Shown here: one piece after another, positions 43,461-54,001 of the stretch
Layout of the letters: each line of letters opens with the position of its first letter
How positions within the stretch are numbered: the stretch's first letter is position 1
Source: Leptolyngbyaceae cyanobacterium
Lineage (GTDB): Bacteria; Cyanobacteriota; Cyanobacteriia; Phormidesmidales; Phormidesmidaceae
Assembly (NCBI GenBank): GCA_965263355.1
Contig: CBDHHL010000056.1
Coordinates: forward strand, 128,001-192,000
Direction: 5' to 3'
Length of the DNA: 64,000 nucleotides
Notes under the pieces: model-generated
The model's input: the letters and a program-made list of their open reading frames with translations, nothing else
The model's database searches: none
What the model was told of the DNA's origin: nothing
Position numbers and translations under genes: made by a program

Positions 43461-43825
43461 GAAGAGAGCCCCGAAATCCCCCACGACGTTTGGGATAAGG
43501 TGTAGTGTAGTTATCTTTTGGAAGTGGTGCGTTGTCACGCACCCTACGCTTGTTGGAAGGTATAGGCGGAAGTGGCACGGTGCTAGCTCTTGGAGGCGAT
43601 GCGTGAGTTAAGAAGAGAGCCCCGAAATCCCCCACGACGTTTGGGATAAGGTGTAGGGTGTGTGTAGCGAAGCGGAACGCACCGGATTAGAGAGTTTTGG
43701 AGTGGTGCGTTATCTTTTGGAAGTGGTGCGTTGTCACGCACCTACGCTTGTTGGAAGGAAGTGCGTTATCTTTTGGAAGTGGTGCGTTGTCACGCACCCT
43801 ACGCTTGTTGGAAGGTATAGGCGGA
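43457..43825. repeat. REP cluster with tandem duplications
   Basis: GGTGCGTTGTCACGCAC(C)CTAC at 43526, 43725, 43781; opposite GTAGGGTG..ACGCACC at 43653; 49-bp direct repeat at 43457 and 43608. Confidence 0.85.
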
Positions 43826-43986
43826 TAGTGCCGTTCTCTCCCGCGCAAGTTCAGCCTCTTGCTCCCTTACAGAAATCTCCTCCTCCCGCTGCTGAGCCCG
43901 ACTAGCCGCCAAAAACTCCCGATCCTCAGCACTCAGCGTCACTTTCTCATCCGCCCACCCCTCAGCCTCCGTCAGCGCCCCACCCC

Positions 43987-45514
43987 CAGGGTAATTGCAG
44001 TTATTTAGTATAAATTGTACTTGACAGAAAGTATTAAATAGTGGGTCAGTGTGATCACCAAATGATTCTAAACCCAATGCTAATAACAAGTGTTAATATG
44101 CAGCTCAATTTAGAACCCATGCAACATGACCTCTTAACAGAATGATGTGAAGTTCTCTCAATCCAGATTCGTGTTGTGCTCAGCATTAACACACCAGAAA
44201 CACTACACCTCAGCTTCAGTGTCAGCACTAGCCATGAGTAACGACAAAAGATAATTATTATCCATGGCAGCCCGATACCGCTTTGTGTTGATACTACCTT
44301 TGCTAGAATCTCGTTTTATGAGATTGATGCACAAACGTCGAAGTAATCCTATATTCTCCGGTCCATGGTCTTTTCGAATTCGACTTTGGTCCTCTTTGAA
44401 GGTCACATCTAGAACCCAATGGAGACTATTTTCAATACTCCAATGGGACCGAATCGATTGCCCAAAAACACTGGCATCTGATTCTAAACTGCTGATATAA
44501 AAGCAGATGTTTTCTTCTTCTTTGTTCGGTAGAATTCGTCTACGACGAACCATCACAATACTCTTTAACCCTTTCCATTTCTGCACATTGGGGAGGTCTG
44601 GCACTTGCTCAATCGAGACAACCCACACCTGACGATGCTCAATGCGATCATGTCCTGCTTCAGTAGTATGCTCATAACTATAGTCAATGTCCTGCCATTC
44701 ATTGGCTCGGGCCTGTTCAAAAAAATCTTTAACACCCTGATAGAGATTGTCTTGATTCGCCTTGAGCGCCAATATATAGTCCCCTCCACCCTGAATAATT
44801 TGCTCTGCAATGGCCGTTTGCGTCCCCATCGCATCGATGGTGATGATTGTTCCTTCTAAGGACAACATTTCAAGCAGCTCAGGAATGGCCGTAATCTCAT
44901 TGGATTTGGTATCGACCCGTTGCTGAGCTAACACTAAGTGATGTTCTGATGCCCAGGCACTCACGCTATGGAGTGCTTTACCCCCCACCTTCCGATCCTT
45001 CGACCCCCGCAAGGTCTTGCCATCGATATGGATGACTTTGATCTGTAATTGGGTTGTTATTTGCTCTATCCAACCCAAGAAAAACTGATGAAACTGCTCT
45101 GGGTCGATCACTCTAAACACCCTTGAGAAAGTATCGTGCGACGGGATGCCATGGGGCAATTCCAAAAACGTCGATAACCATTCCTGTTTTGCCTCACCAT
45201 AGGTTTCGACCTCCGTCATCGTGTTGGACCCAGCTAAGGTCGCAAAGATGGCGATGGTGACGATATCAATCAGTAAATGGAGGGGGTTTCGTTTCGTACG
45301 AGGGTCATCCAGGTTCTTGATCTCATCAAGCATCGTGTGCTTGAGCGTTGGGGTGGGACTGGACTTGGATAGGGGCAACGATGGTGGACCAAACCCTTTT
45401 GACATAAAGCTAAACCCGTACTGGGATGGTTGAAGGACAAGTTTTGAAGCTAGCAAACTCCAAGCCCTATCCACCATTCAATCAGTACTAATTGTCAAGT
45501 ACAATTTATGGCTG
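43987..45514 (-). mobile_element. ISAs1-family insertion sequence with 8-bp TSD
   Basis: CCCACCCC at 43979-43986 and 45515-45522; CAG..CTG termini; 17-bp IR at 44010-44026 / 45493-45509. Confidence 0.9.
44203..45405 (-). CDS. ISAs1-family DDE transposase
   Basis: GIPSHDTF, IDGKTLRGS, KSNEITA, IDAMGTQ, HWSIENSLHWVLDVTFKED. Confidence 0.93.
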   Translation of the reverse strand: MSKGFGPPSLPLSKSSPTPTLKHTMLDEIKNLDDPRTKRNPLHLLIDIVTIAIFATLAGSNTMTEVETYGEAKQEWLSTFLELPHGIPSHDTFSRVFRVIDPEQFHQFFLGWIEQITTQLQIKVIHIDGKTLRGSKDRKVGGKALHSVSAWASEHHLVLAQQRVDTKSNEITAIPELLEMLSLEGTIITIDAMGTQTAIAEQIIQGGGDYILALKANQDNLYQGVKDFFEQARANEWQDIDYSYEHTTEAGHDRIEHRQVWVVSIEQVPDLPNVQKWKGLKSIVMVRRRRILPNKEEENICFYISSLESDASVFGQSIRSHWSIENSLHWVLDVTFKEDQSRIRKDHGPENIGLLRRLCINLIKRDSSKGSINTKRYRAAMDNNYLLSLLMASADTEAEV

Positions 45515-46698
45515 CCCACCCCGCAACAAACGAGAACTATCCACCTTCCCAGAACCAACCCAGGCCCTAAAACTTTCCGCATAGGGCCGTAACTTCCGCA
45601 GCTCACCATCAATCCAGGCTTCATCAAAAACAGCCCTATAGATCGGATTATAAACCCGTAACCGACTGCCTCGCTTCACCACCAAGCCCGACAATTGCAG
45701 CTCTCTCTCTTCAGGCTGATTATTCGCCGCAATCGCTTCCGCCTGTCGAATTTGCCGATACAGCTCCAGCAAATACCCCGCTTTCCGCTCATCATCCAGC
45801 AACCGTTGCCGAATCGTCTTTAAATGCTCTTGATGATCCTGAGTTTCCCAACTATCAATCAGCCGTGCGTTTACCAACCCATCAATCGCAACCGCTTCAC
45901 TCCCCGCTGCAATTGCCCCATCTGAGTCCACCACCAACTGACATAACCGCTGGGTCAAAAACGGCTGTCCCCCCGTCCATCGCAAAATCTCTTGCAACAC
46001 CGTCTCTGGCTGCTCTGCTTTCCCCCGTAACCCAGCCGCCAAAGGCAACGCTTCCTCACGCGAAAACCCCTTCAAATCAATACTTTTACCCACATTAAAG
46101 GGAGTCCGCTTTGCATCCCCAATCAACTCCGACGGGGCCGCCACCCCCAACAACGCAAACGTCAGTTTCTTATACGCAGAGTTCTCCGCCCGCTTGTTAT
46201 AACACCCCCGAATCAGTGCAAAAAAATCATCGGTAAACGGCAAACTGAGGGTGCTATCAATCTCATCAATAAAAACAACAATCGATTCCTCAATCCCTGA
46301 CAACAGAACCGTATCAATAAATTCCGCTAAACGCTCCACTGGCGCAATAAAGTCTCGTTCCTTTAGCCAACTGCGAAACGCTTGCCGATCCAGCAACCCA
46401 AACTGCCGATTTAACTGATTAATAATGCCGTCATACCACCGATCTGGCCGATCAACCTGACTATCCTTCGCCGAAAAATCAATAATAATTCCAGCCCAGC
46501 CTGCAGCCTGTAGCTTAGCCAGGGTTCTCACCATCAGGCTGGTCTTCCCCATCTGCCGAGAGTTCAGCACATAGCAAAACTCCCCCGCCTTCAGCGCTTC
46601 ATACAACTCCATATCACTTTCCCGCATCACATAGGAGGGCACATCCTGCGGTAACGCCCCACCCACCTTATAAAACGAGGAACTTATGGGTGATTCAC

Positions 46699-48160
46699 TC
46701 ATTCCGCCATCCTCAACCGCGAACGAAAATAAGGCCGATACAGAGGTTCATGGCGCAGCACCACCCCATTCCCCTGCAGATTTACCAACCCCATGCCATT
46801 GAGCTTAAACGCCAGCATCGACTTTAGCTCCACCGGCTGCTCAGACACAATCACCTGCTCAAATGCCTGGGCCAGCTCTGGGTGCTGCTGCAAATTCCAT
46901 AGGTGTCGCCGCAAATGTTCCCCATAAATCCCGGCATCCGTAGGTGCTTCCTTCAGCAGTTGCTCCAGGGTCAAATCCTGTTGAGCAATATGATACAGCG
47001 CCAGCCGCACCAGATAGGGATGTCCCCCCACCATGGCCATCAGGTCATCCACCTCTGCTGGGGTCCAATTCAGACCATGCTTTGCCACCAGCTCCAATAC
47101 CTGGGCCGCCGTAAACTCCGGTAGCTCCACCGCCAGCCCCACATTAAAGGGCGACACATTACTTTCTAAAACAATATAAGATTCCGTCGAATGGGCAATG
47201 GCCAGCTTCAACTTGGCCCATGTAGCATCCACCTTGGCTTTCTCATTCCAGGACCGCAGTAGGGTTAAAAACTCCTTAGAAACTGCTTCATAGGGAAACA
47301 GGCGATCCAATTCATCCAGGGCCAAAAATAAGGATGTGTCAATCTTAGGGAGGATATACTCTTCAAAGTAATCAGTGCAGTTTTCCTTGGGGCCAAATAA
47401 CTCCTCATCCCAAAACTCCGTCACCTTTCGGGGCGAGAAGCCCAACTTTTTGCTGACCAATGCACAGAGTCGTTTTAGGAAAATGCTGGAGTCGGTAAAG
47501 GTGCGTTCATCGGTCTCTAGAAAATCCAGCGTGACGATTCGATAGTTAAGTTTATCCGCCCGGTCTCGAATACGGGCCAGCAGAGACGTTTTACCCATCT
47601 GTCGCGGAGCCTTTACCCGCACTAGCCCACCGCGATTTTCAATTTCCTGCAGACAGCGGCTATCCCAGGGTTCTCGCAGGATATAAAACGCAGATTCTAG
47701 TGGCATGGTGCCCCCTGGCAGCTCTAGATCTGCCACGGGTAAAGGAGGCCGCTGGAGGGTGGACGGTTTTATTGACCGTTGGCCGTTTTCTGCTGCTGCT
47801 GCAGGCATCTGCCCAGAGCTAATCAATGCCAGAATATTGTCCACCAGCTGGGGTGTATCCCCAGGCGTTTGCCAAAATTTTTGTTGAATGGTCTGTAAAC
47901 TGCTTCTCAATTCGGGGTTAAGCGGGTCATCTAGAGGTAAGTTGAGCCGAATGGGCAAAATTATCGGCTTACCCAGCGTATTCTGCAGTTGCTTAGCCGT
48001 TTGCACCTCGCCCGCCACCATATCACTGGTCACCGACTGCTCCGACAGCAGCAGCACAAAGTAATTACATCGCTTCAGTTCCCGATGGATTCGCTGCAAG
48101 GACTACAATCTTCCGCTTAGTCATAGAGGGCTGGGACTCAGGAATAGATAGTGTAGCCAT
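46699..48160 (-). pseudogene. (CHAT)-TIR-AAA_35 protein with internal deletion/frameshift near the N-terminus
   Basis: ATG 48160 gives ..KRKIVVLAANPSGT then stop; another frame gives QRIHRELKRCNYFVLLLS (TIR half), [14 protein letters not shown]. Confidence 0.7.
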
Positions 48161-48240
48161 ACTACAGCGCTAAACGGGGGATTTACATTTCCTAAAGAAA
48201 AAATTCGGCTCTAGACAAAGGCGTCAGATGCTGTTTAACG

Positions 48241-48591
48241 TCATGCTTCATACTGAGCCAGGATAGTTTTTACTGTGTTTAGGTCAATATCCGATTGATC
48301 CGACTTTGAATAAATTGTTACTAGAATAACATTCTCTTTTGTCTTCAAATAATAAACAACTCGATACCCTGCACTTTTACCTTTTTGAATATCGCTATTC
48401 TTTAACCGCACTTTGAACAATGTCAACTTTATCCCAGCAATCTGATCACCAGGGAGTTCACCCGTTTCAAGTTGTTGAATTAGCGGCTGCACATCACTCC
48501 GAATTCGTCGATAGTGCTTAGCCAGGGTTCTGAGGTCTTTTTGAAAACGAGATGTAAGCGCAACCTCAACCGATGGAGACTCATTCGACAT
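48241..48591 (-). CDS. RelE/HigB-family toxin
   Basis: KVRLKNSDIQKGKSAGYRVVY, LVTIYSKSDQ. Confidence 0.85.
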   Translation of the reverse strand: MSNESPSVEVALTSRFQKDLRTLAKHYRRIRSDVQPLIQQLETGELPGDQIAGIKLTLFKVRLKNSDIQKGKSAGYRVVYYLKTKENVILVTIYSKSDQSDIDLNTVKTILAQYEA

Positions 48592-48826
48592 CGATACCGT
48601 CCCACATATTTGCCACTGGGATAGTCTGGCCAGCTAAGGCTTCCTCTAATCCTTCCTGTAGCCCTGCTAAAACCACAGCATCAGGGGTATCATCAGAAGC
48701 CGGTTCATCCGCTTCCGCTATCAACACAATTACCCTCACTCGCTGGTGGGCATTCACCATCAATGGACGATCTAAAGACAACTGCCCCTGTTCATCAATC
48801 GTAGCCGTCGTTTCAATCGCTTTCAT
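48581..48826 (-). CDS. Putative antitoxin
   Basis: Small acidic ORF overlapping the toxin start; MKAIETTATIDEQGQL, GQTIPV..MWDGI. Confidence 0.7.
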   Translation of the reverse strand: MKAIETTATIDEQGQLSLDRPLMVNAHQRVRVIVLIAEADEPASDDTPDAVVLAGLQEGLEEALAGQTIPVANMWDGIDVE

Positions 48827-49049
48827 ATCAGCTTTTTACTCTAAATTCGTATTTCTCTATTATGGGCTGACTGTCAAACAGGTTAGTCATTCTTAAGCTC
48901 CAATTTTGCAGTAGTTCTCAGTGATTTCCTTGCCCGTTGCGTTGAACCCTGGCCTGGTAAATTTCATAGAATTGCAAACTGTGAAGCGAACCCCGTTAGC
49001 ATTTGCTTCGCGACGACTAAAATAAGTAGCCGATGAATTTCAAGCATCT

Positions 49050-51257
49050 ATGGCCACTGCACCAACTATTGCCTCGTTCCCATCCTTAGAAACTGCCCTT
49101 AAGCACTTCTTTGGCTATGACGAATTTCGCCATTATCAGCGAGCCATTATTGAGCAGGTGCTAAAAAACCGCGATGTGTTGGTGATTATGCCCACAGGTG
49201 GAGGCAAGTCCCTGTGTTATCAGCTACCGGCCTTACTGCGTGTCGGCATCACCATTGTGGTGTCTCCCCTGATAGCCCTGATGCAGGATCAGGTACGTAG
49301 TCTAAAGGACAATGGTATTGCTGCTACCTATATCAATAGTAGTTTGACCTTTAACGAGGTGCGCGATCGCGAACAGTCCCTACTCAACGGTGAAACCAAA
49401 CTGCTTTACCTGGCCCCAGAGCGTCTGATGAACCCAAGCTTTTGGCCATTTTTAGAACAGATGCAGCAAACCGTCGGCATTAGCACCTTTGCCATTGATG
49501 AGGCCCACTGTGTTTCAGAATGGGGCCATGATTTTCGCCCCGAATATCGCCAGCTGTTTCAAATCAAACAGCAGATGCCCCAGATCCCCATGATGGCATT
49601 GACCGCCACCGCCACTGAACGGGTTCGCCAGGATATCAGTCAACAGCTTCGCCTCAACGATCCTCAGGTATTTGTCTCGGGGTTTAACCGGCAAAATCTT
49701 TACTACGAGGTAAAACCCAAAACAAAACAGAGCTACGACCATTTACTTAAACTCGTCAAAGAGCAATCAGGGTCCGGTATTATCTATTGTCTGAGCCGCA
49801 AACGGGTGAATGAAATATCCTTTCGCCTTAAGCAAGATGGAGTTTCTGCCCTGCCGTACCATGCGGGTCTGACGGCCCAGGAACGCCAGGAAAACCAGGA
49901 ACAGTTTATTCGAGATGATGTGCGCATTATTGTCGCCACCATTGCCTTTGGCATGGGCATTAATAAGCCCGATGTGCGATTTGTGATTCACTATGATTTG
50001 CCCCGCAACATCGAAAGCTACTACCAAGAGTCAGGTCGGGCTGGTCGGGATAACGATCCAGCTAACTGCACCGTTTTCTTTAGCTACGCTGATGTGGCCA
50101 CCGTTGAATATCTGATTAACCAAAAGCCAGATGAACAGGAACAGCGCATTGCCCGTCAGCAGCTACGCCATGTAATTAACTATGCCGAGAGCGCAGTTTG
50201 TCGGCGTAAAATTCAGCTTAGCTACTTTGGGGAGAGTTTCCCAGGGGACTGCAAAAATTGTGACAACTGTCTAAACCCTGTCCCGTTAGAAGATTGGACC
50301 ATTGAAGCTCAGAAATTTCTCTCCTGTGTCGCCCGCTGTCGGGAGCGGTTTGGCATGAACCATGTTATCGATGTACTCAGGGGCTCTCGCAAAAAGCGGT
50401 TGGTAGAACTGGGGCACGATCAGCTCTCTACCTATGGGATTGGCCAGGATCATAGTGTGGATGAGTGGAGGCAGCTATGTCGGTCGCTGCTACACCAGGA
50501 GTTGTTGTCTGAAACCACCGATGGTTATTCTGTACTCAAGCTCAACTCAGGTAGCTGGCAAGTCTTAAAGAAACAGATTTCCGTCAATATCCATGTCTTT
50601 AAACGAGCTGAATCGACCAAGGCCACTAAAGCCAGTGAAGAAGTCCAACTTAGTGCCGACGAAACTCTGTTACTAGGACAGCTGCGTAGTTTACGCAAGC
50701 GGCTAGCCGATGAACAATCGGTACCGCCTTACATTGTCTTTGCCGATGCTAGTCTCCGACAAATGGCCCAGCAACGCCCCATTACCACCGATGCATTTGC
50801 CACCATCTCCGGTGTGGGTAGACGTAAGCTGGAGCAATATGGCCAGGTCTTTACCCAGGAAATTCAACACTTTTGCCAGTCCCATAATCTCACCCCCAAC
50901 AATATTACTGCTAGCCCCCCCGCAACCGAACCTCGCCGCACGTCGACCGAACTCACATCTACATATATCACTACCCACCAGCTACACCAACAGGGTCTAT
51001 CACCATCAGAAATCGCTCTGGAGCGTGGCCTACGACTAGGCACCATCATCGAACATCTGGGCCAGCTGATTGAAATGGGGCAAGATGTGGATCTCAACAG
51101 CCTGGTCTCACCTGAACGCCAGGTACCGATTTTTGAAGCTATTGAAAAAGTAGGGGCCCACTCCCTAAGAACCATCCGCGATGAACTGGGCGAAACCTTT
51201 GACTACAATGAAATTCGCCTGGTCAGGGCAATCTGGGAAAAACAAAATTTATCTTAA
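49050..51257 (+). CDS. recQ: ATP-dependent DNA helicase RecQ
   Basis: MPTGGGKS, DEAH, QESGRAGRD, RQC and HRDC regions. Confidence 0.96.
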   Translation: MATAPTIASFPSLETALKHFFGYDEFRHYQRAIIEQVLKNRDVLVIMPTGGGKSLCYQLPALLRVGITIVVSPLIALMQDQVRSLKDNGIAATYINSSLTFNEVRDREQSLLNGETKLLYLAPERLMNPSFWPFLEQMQQTVGISTFAIDEAHCVSEWGHDFRPEYRQLFQIKQQMPQIPMMALTATATERVRQDISQQLRLNDPQVFVSGFNRQNLYYEVKPKTKQSYDHLLKLVKEQSGSGIIYCLSRKRVNEISFRLKQDGVSALPYHAGLTAQERQENQEQFIRDDVRIIVATIAFGMGINKPDVRFVIHYDLPRNIESYYQESGRAGRDNDPANCTVFFSYADVATVEYLINQKPDEQEQRIARQQLRHVINYAESAVCRRKIQLSYFGESFPGDCKNCDNCLNPVPLEDWTIEAQKFLSCVARCRERFGMNHVIDVLRGSRKKRLVELGHDQLSTYGIGQDHSVDEWRQLCRSLLHQELLSETTDGYSVLKLNSGSWQVLKKQISVNIHVFKRAESTKATKASEEVQLSADETLLLGQLRSLRKRLADEQSVPPYIVFADASLRQMAQQRPITTDAFATISGVGRRKLEQYGQVFTQEIQHFCQSHNLTPNNITASPPATEPRRTSTELTSTYITTHQLHQQGLSPSEIALERGLRLGTIIEHLGQLIEMGQDVDLNSLVSPERQVPIFEAIEKVGAHSLRTIRDELGETFDYNEIRLVRAIWEKQNLS

Positions 51258-51268
51258 ATACATAACTA

Positions 51269-51375
51269 ATACGAAATCCTGCTTGATAGCGCCCGGTATC
51301 GAAGGGCATCCCCAAGGGAGTGTCCCTACAGGATTGTCCATTTTTAATCGGGTTTAATGAATTCGGATTGGGTAT
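51269..51375. repeat. ~107-bp MITE-like element with internal REP-like palindrome
   Basis: ATACGAAATCC ... GGATTGGGTAT ends; internal GGGCATCCCCAAGGGAGTGTCCCTAC. Confidence 0.6.
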
Positions 51376-51407
51376 AAGAAATCGTTTCCTCAACAGTCCC
51401 TCTGAGC

Positions 51408-52532
51408 TTAACCAGCAAGCAGTGCCAGGACCTGTTGTGCTTTAACAATATGTCCCTGTTCAAACAGCACATCTGCTAACGCATGATAGGTGCCAGAAAC
51501 CTTATCTGTGTAGGACTTAAGCAACGCTTCATCGGTAAAATCTTGCCGCATCTCTTCCTGCACCTTGACCGCTTGTGTGTAAAAAATAATTGCCAGTTCT
51601 GGTTGTTCTTGGGTCTTAAAGAGAAACCCTAAATTTCTTAGTGTGTTTTCTTCTCCCTGGCGATCACCAGTCTCACGGGCAATCACCAGTCGGTCCTCAT
51701 ACATCTCAACCGCCTGCTCATATTGTTCTAAGTTACGATAAGCGACGCCTAAATTTCCTAGGGCATTTCCTTCTCCCTGACGGTCGCCAATCTCCCGGAC
51801 AATCACCAACTGCTGCTCATAAAGCTCAATTGCTTGCTGCTGTCGATCCAGGGTCAGGTAGATATTGCCTAAATTTCCCAGGGTATTTCCTTCCCCCTGG
51901 CGATCGCAAATTTCACGAGCGATCGCAAGTCGTTGCTCATACACTTCAATCGCCTGTTCATACTGCCCCAGGTTAAAGTAAGCAAATCCCAGATTGCCTA
52001 GCGCCTTACCATGTTCCGCTGGGTCCCCAAGGGCACAAACAATTACGAGCCGTTGCTTAAACAGGGCAATAGCCCGCTGATGCTGGCCCAGACTAAAGTA
52101 AGTACTGCCCAAATTTCCCAGAACTATTCCTTGCCGCCGTTGATCCCCAACTTCGCGAATAATTGCCAGACTTTGTTCGTAACATTCAACAGCCCGCTGA
52201 TACTGACCTAAACTGTTGTAAACCAGGCCTAAATTACCAAATACTCGGCCTTCCCCGAGCCGATTGCCAAGTTCGCTATACAGGTCTAAGGCCAAATGCC
52301 AATTTTTAAGTGCCCGGTGAAAAAGACTCGATTGATGTTGTTCAATCCCCCGCTGCAGTAGCTCATCAGCCTTAGACTTGATGGCAGCCCGATAGTTAAC
52401 CGGTTTGGCTGCCTGAACATCTTTTGTTGGTTGGATCAACGGGTTAAATGCAATGTCAGGTAGAACCGTTGATTCAATTGCTTTGGTGGTGAGTAAATGC
52501 ATGTTTGAGCCTCGGCAAACTGCCCAGTACAT
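51408..52532 (-). CDS. Tetratricopeptide-repeat protein
   Basis: 40-aa repeats (GDRQGEGN.LGNLG..Y..L.QY.QA). Confidence 0.88.
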   Translation of the reverse strand: MYWAVCRGSNMHLLTTKAIESTVLPDIAFNPLIQPTKDVQAAKPVNYRAAIKSKADELLQRGIEQHQSSLFHRALKNWHLALDLYSELGNRLGEGRVFGNLGLVYNSLGQYQRAVECYEQSLAIIREVGDQRRQGIVLGNLGSTYFSLGQHQRAIALFKQRLVIVCALGDPAEHGKALGNLGFAYFNLGQYEQAIEVYEQRLAIAREICDRQGEGNTLGNLGNIYLTLDRQQQAIELYEQQLVIVREIGDRQGEGNALGNLGVAYRNLEQYEQAVEMYEDRLVIARETGDRQGEENTLRNLGFLFKTQEQPELAIIFYTQAVKVQEEMRQDFTDEALLKSYTDKVSGTYHALADVLFEQGHIVKAQQVLALLAG

Positions 52533-52700
52533 ACATTGATCATGGGTGATATTCCGAGTGGAATTACTCTAGCTGTTACTAATCAAAATAAAAGACTGAC
52601 GGATTGTGGCGATTGTTGTTTTTCTTATGAAGTTTATTGACTATGCAAACAATTATGTAGCAAATAAAATCTGTCCACTGTCCGGTGGGCTGTGCTCACC

Positions 52701-53936
52701 CTACTTTTTGACTTGGGTAACACGCCAGCTGAGTTTTAGGTTCATCCAGAAGTTCCAGGCGGTGACTACTGCGATCGCAATTAAATTTGCTAAATACCGA
52801 TATTGCTGACCAAAGAAAATATTAAAGATTAGATTCAGTAGCAGCACATTCAGCACCAGCCCTGACAGGCAGACAATATTGAACTTTAGAAACCGCTTAA
52901 GTCGAGCCGCCATACCTTGCTGCGATCGCGAAATATCTGCAAAGGTCCAGGCATCATTCCATAAAAAGTTATTGAGAATTGCTACCTCACCCGCCATAAT
53001 TTTGCTGCGGGTCAGGCCCCAAGCCAGGGTACTGGGGTCGCTCAGTAAATACAGCACCGCCATATCTACGAAGACGCCGCTCAGCCCAACAACGCCAAAC
53101 CGTAGAAATCGCCCAATGGGAAACTTTTGACGAATGCGGGCAATACGTCCTTGGGAACGTAATCTGACCAAATGGCCCAAATACTCAATGTATTGCTTCC
53201 AGGTGACCTTGCTTTCCCCGGCTTTGCGCTCTTGGAAAACATAGCCCACCTCGGCAATGTCCCCCACCTGTCCACGGCCAATGACCTCTAGTAGAATTTT
53301 GTAGCCCAACGGATTTAGGGTGGGTCCGGCAATGGCACTGCGCCGCACCATAAAATAACCGCTCATGGGGTCCGTAACCCGACCCACCACGCTCGGTAAA
53401 ATCAGCAGCCCTAACATTTGGGCTCCCCGTGATAAAAACCGTCGCAGGGGACTCCAGTCACTAACGCCTCCCCCTTCCACGTGACGGCTAGCCACGGCTA
53501 AATCAGCCCCAGTCTGGACCTGTTTAACCATTTGTTTTAAGGTGTCAGGCGGATGCTGTAAATCTGCATCGATCACTCCCAAAATTTCTCCCTGAGCTAC
53601 CTGCCAGCCTCGGATCACGGCTGATGATAACCCCCGCTCGTCCTGCCGTCGCATCACCCGCAGCTGATGATAATGGGATGTCAACTGTTGGGCTACGTCC
53701 CAAGTCCGATCCGGGCTATCATCATCTACCAAAATCAGTTCATACTGGTCTGGCAAAAGATTGTCCAATAGGGCTGAGAGGTGGGAAACCAGCTTGCCCA
53801 CATTTTTGCTTTCGTTATAAGTAGGAATTACTAGGGAAAACGTCAGACTGGCGGGAGTAGATGCAATCTTGAGTGGTCCCTGGGGCGGTTTAACTAGCTC
53901 AGAGATATAGGAAGTCATCGCATACAGGGGGGACAA
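52701..53936 (-). CDS. GT2 polyprenol-phosphate glycosyltransferase fused to GtrA-like domain
   Basis: IPTYNE, VDDDSPD, DADLQHPP, DPMSG; RFGVVGLSG..NFLWN. Confidence 0.88.
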   Translation of the reverse strand: MSPLYAMTSYISELVKPPQGPLKIASTPASLTFSLVIPTYNESKNVGKLVSHLSALLDNLLPDQYELILVDDDSPDRTWDVAQQLTSHYHQLRVMRRQDERGLSSAVIRGWQVAQGEILGVIDADLQHPPDTLKQMVKQVQTGADLAVASRHVEGGGVSDWSPLRRFLSRGAQMLGLLILPSVVGRVTDPMSGYFMVRRSAIAGPTLNPLGYKILLEVIGRGQVGDIAEVGYVFQERKAGESKVTWKQYIEYLGHLVRLRSQGRIARIRQKFPIGRFLRFGVVGLSGVFVDMAVLYLLSDPSTLAWGLTRSKIMAGEVAILNNFLWNDAWTFADISRSQQGMAARLKRFLKFNIVCLSGLVLNVLLLNLIFNIFFGQQYRYLANLIAIAVVTAWNFWMNLKLSWRVTQVKK

Positions 53937-54001
53937 ATAACCCTATGAAGGCGTTGTGTGAACGCCTCTACCAAAGGGATTGATAATAACTTAAACTACC
54001 T

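Larger units (their letters stand above)
43829..46702 (-). pseudogene. AAA_35-type P-loop NTPase, split by ISAs1 and cut off at the REP cluster
   Basis: [25 protein letters not shown]; reading ..SRLLRG|GALTEAEGWA.. restored on IS removal. Confidence 0.82.

Noticed and set aside
43457..43825. Possible CRISPR array
   Set aside because: No unique equal-length spacers and no cas genes; the units are GTAG REP palindromes next to a RAYT.
43799..44089. 96-aa ORF as an independent gene
   Set aside because: Chimera of IS end sequence, the distal part of the interrupted AAA_35 gene and REP sequence.
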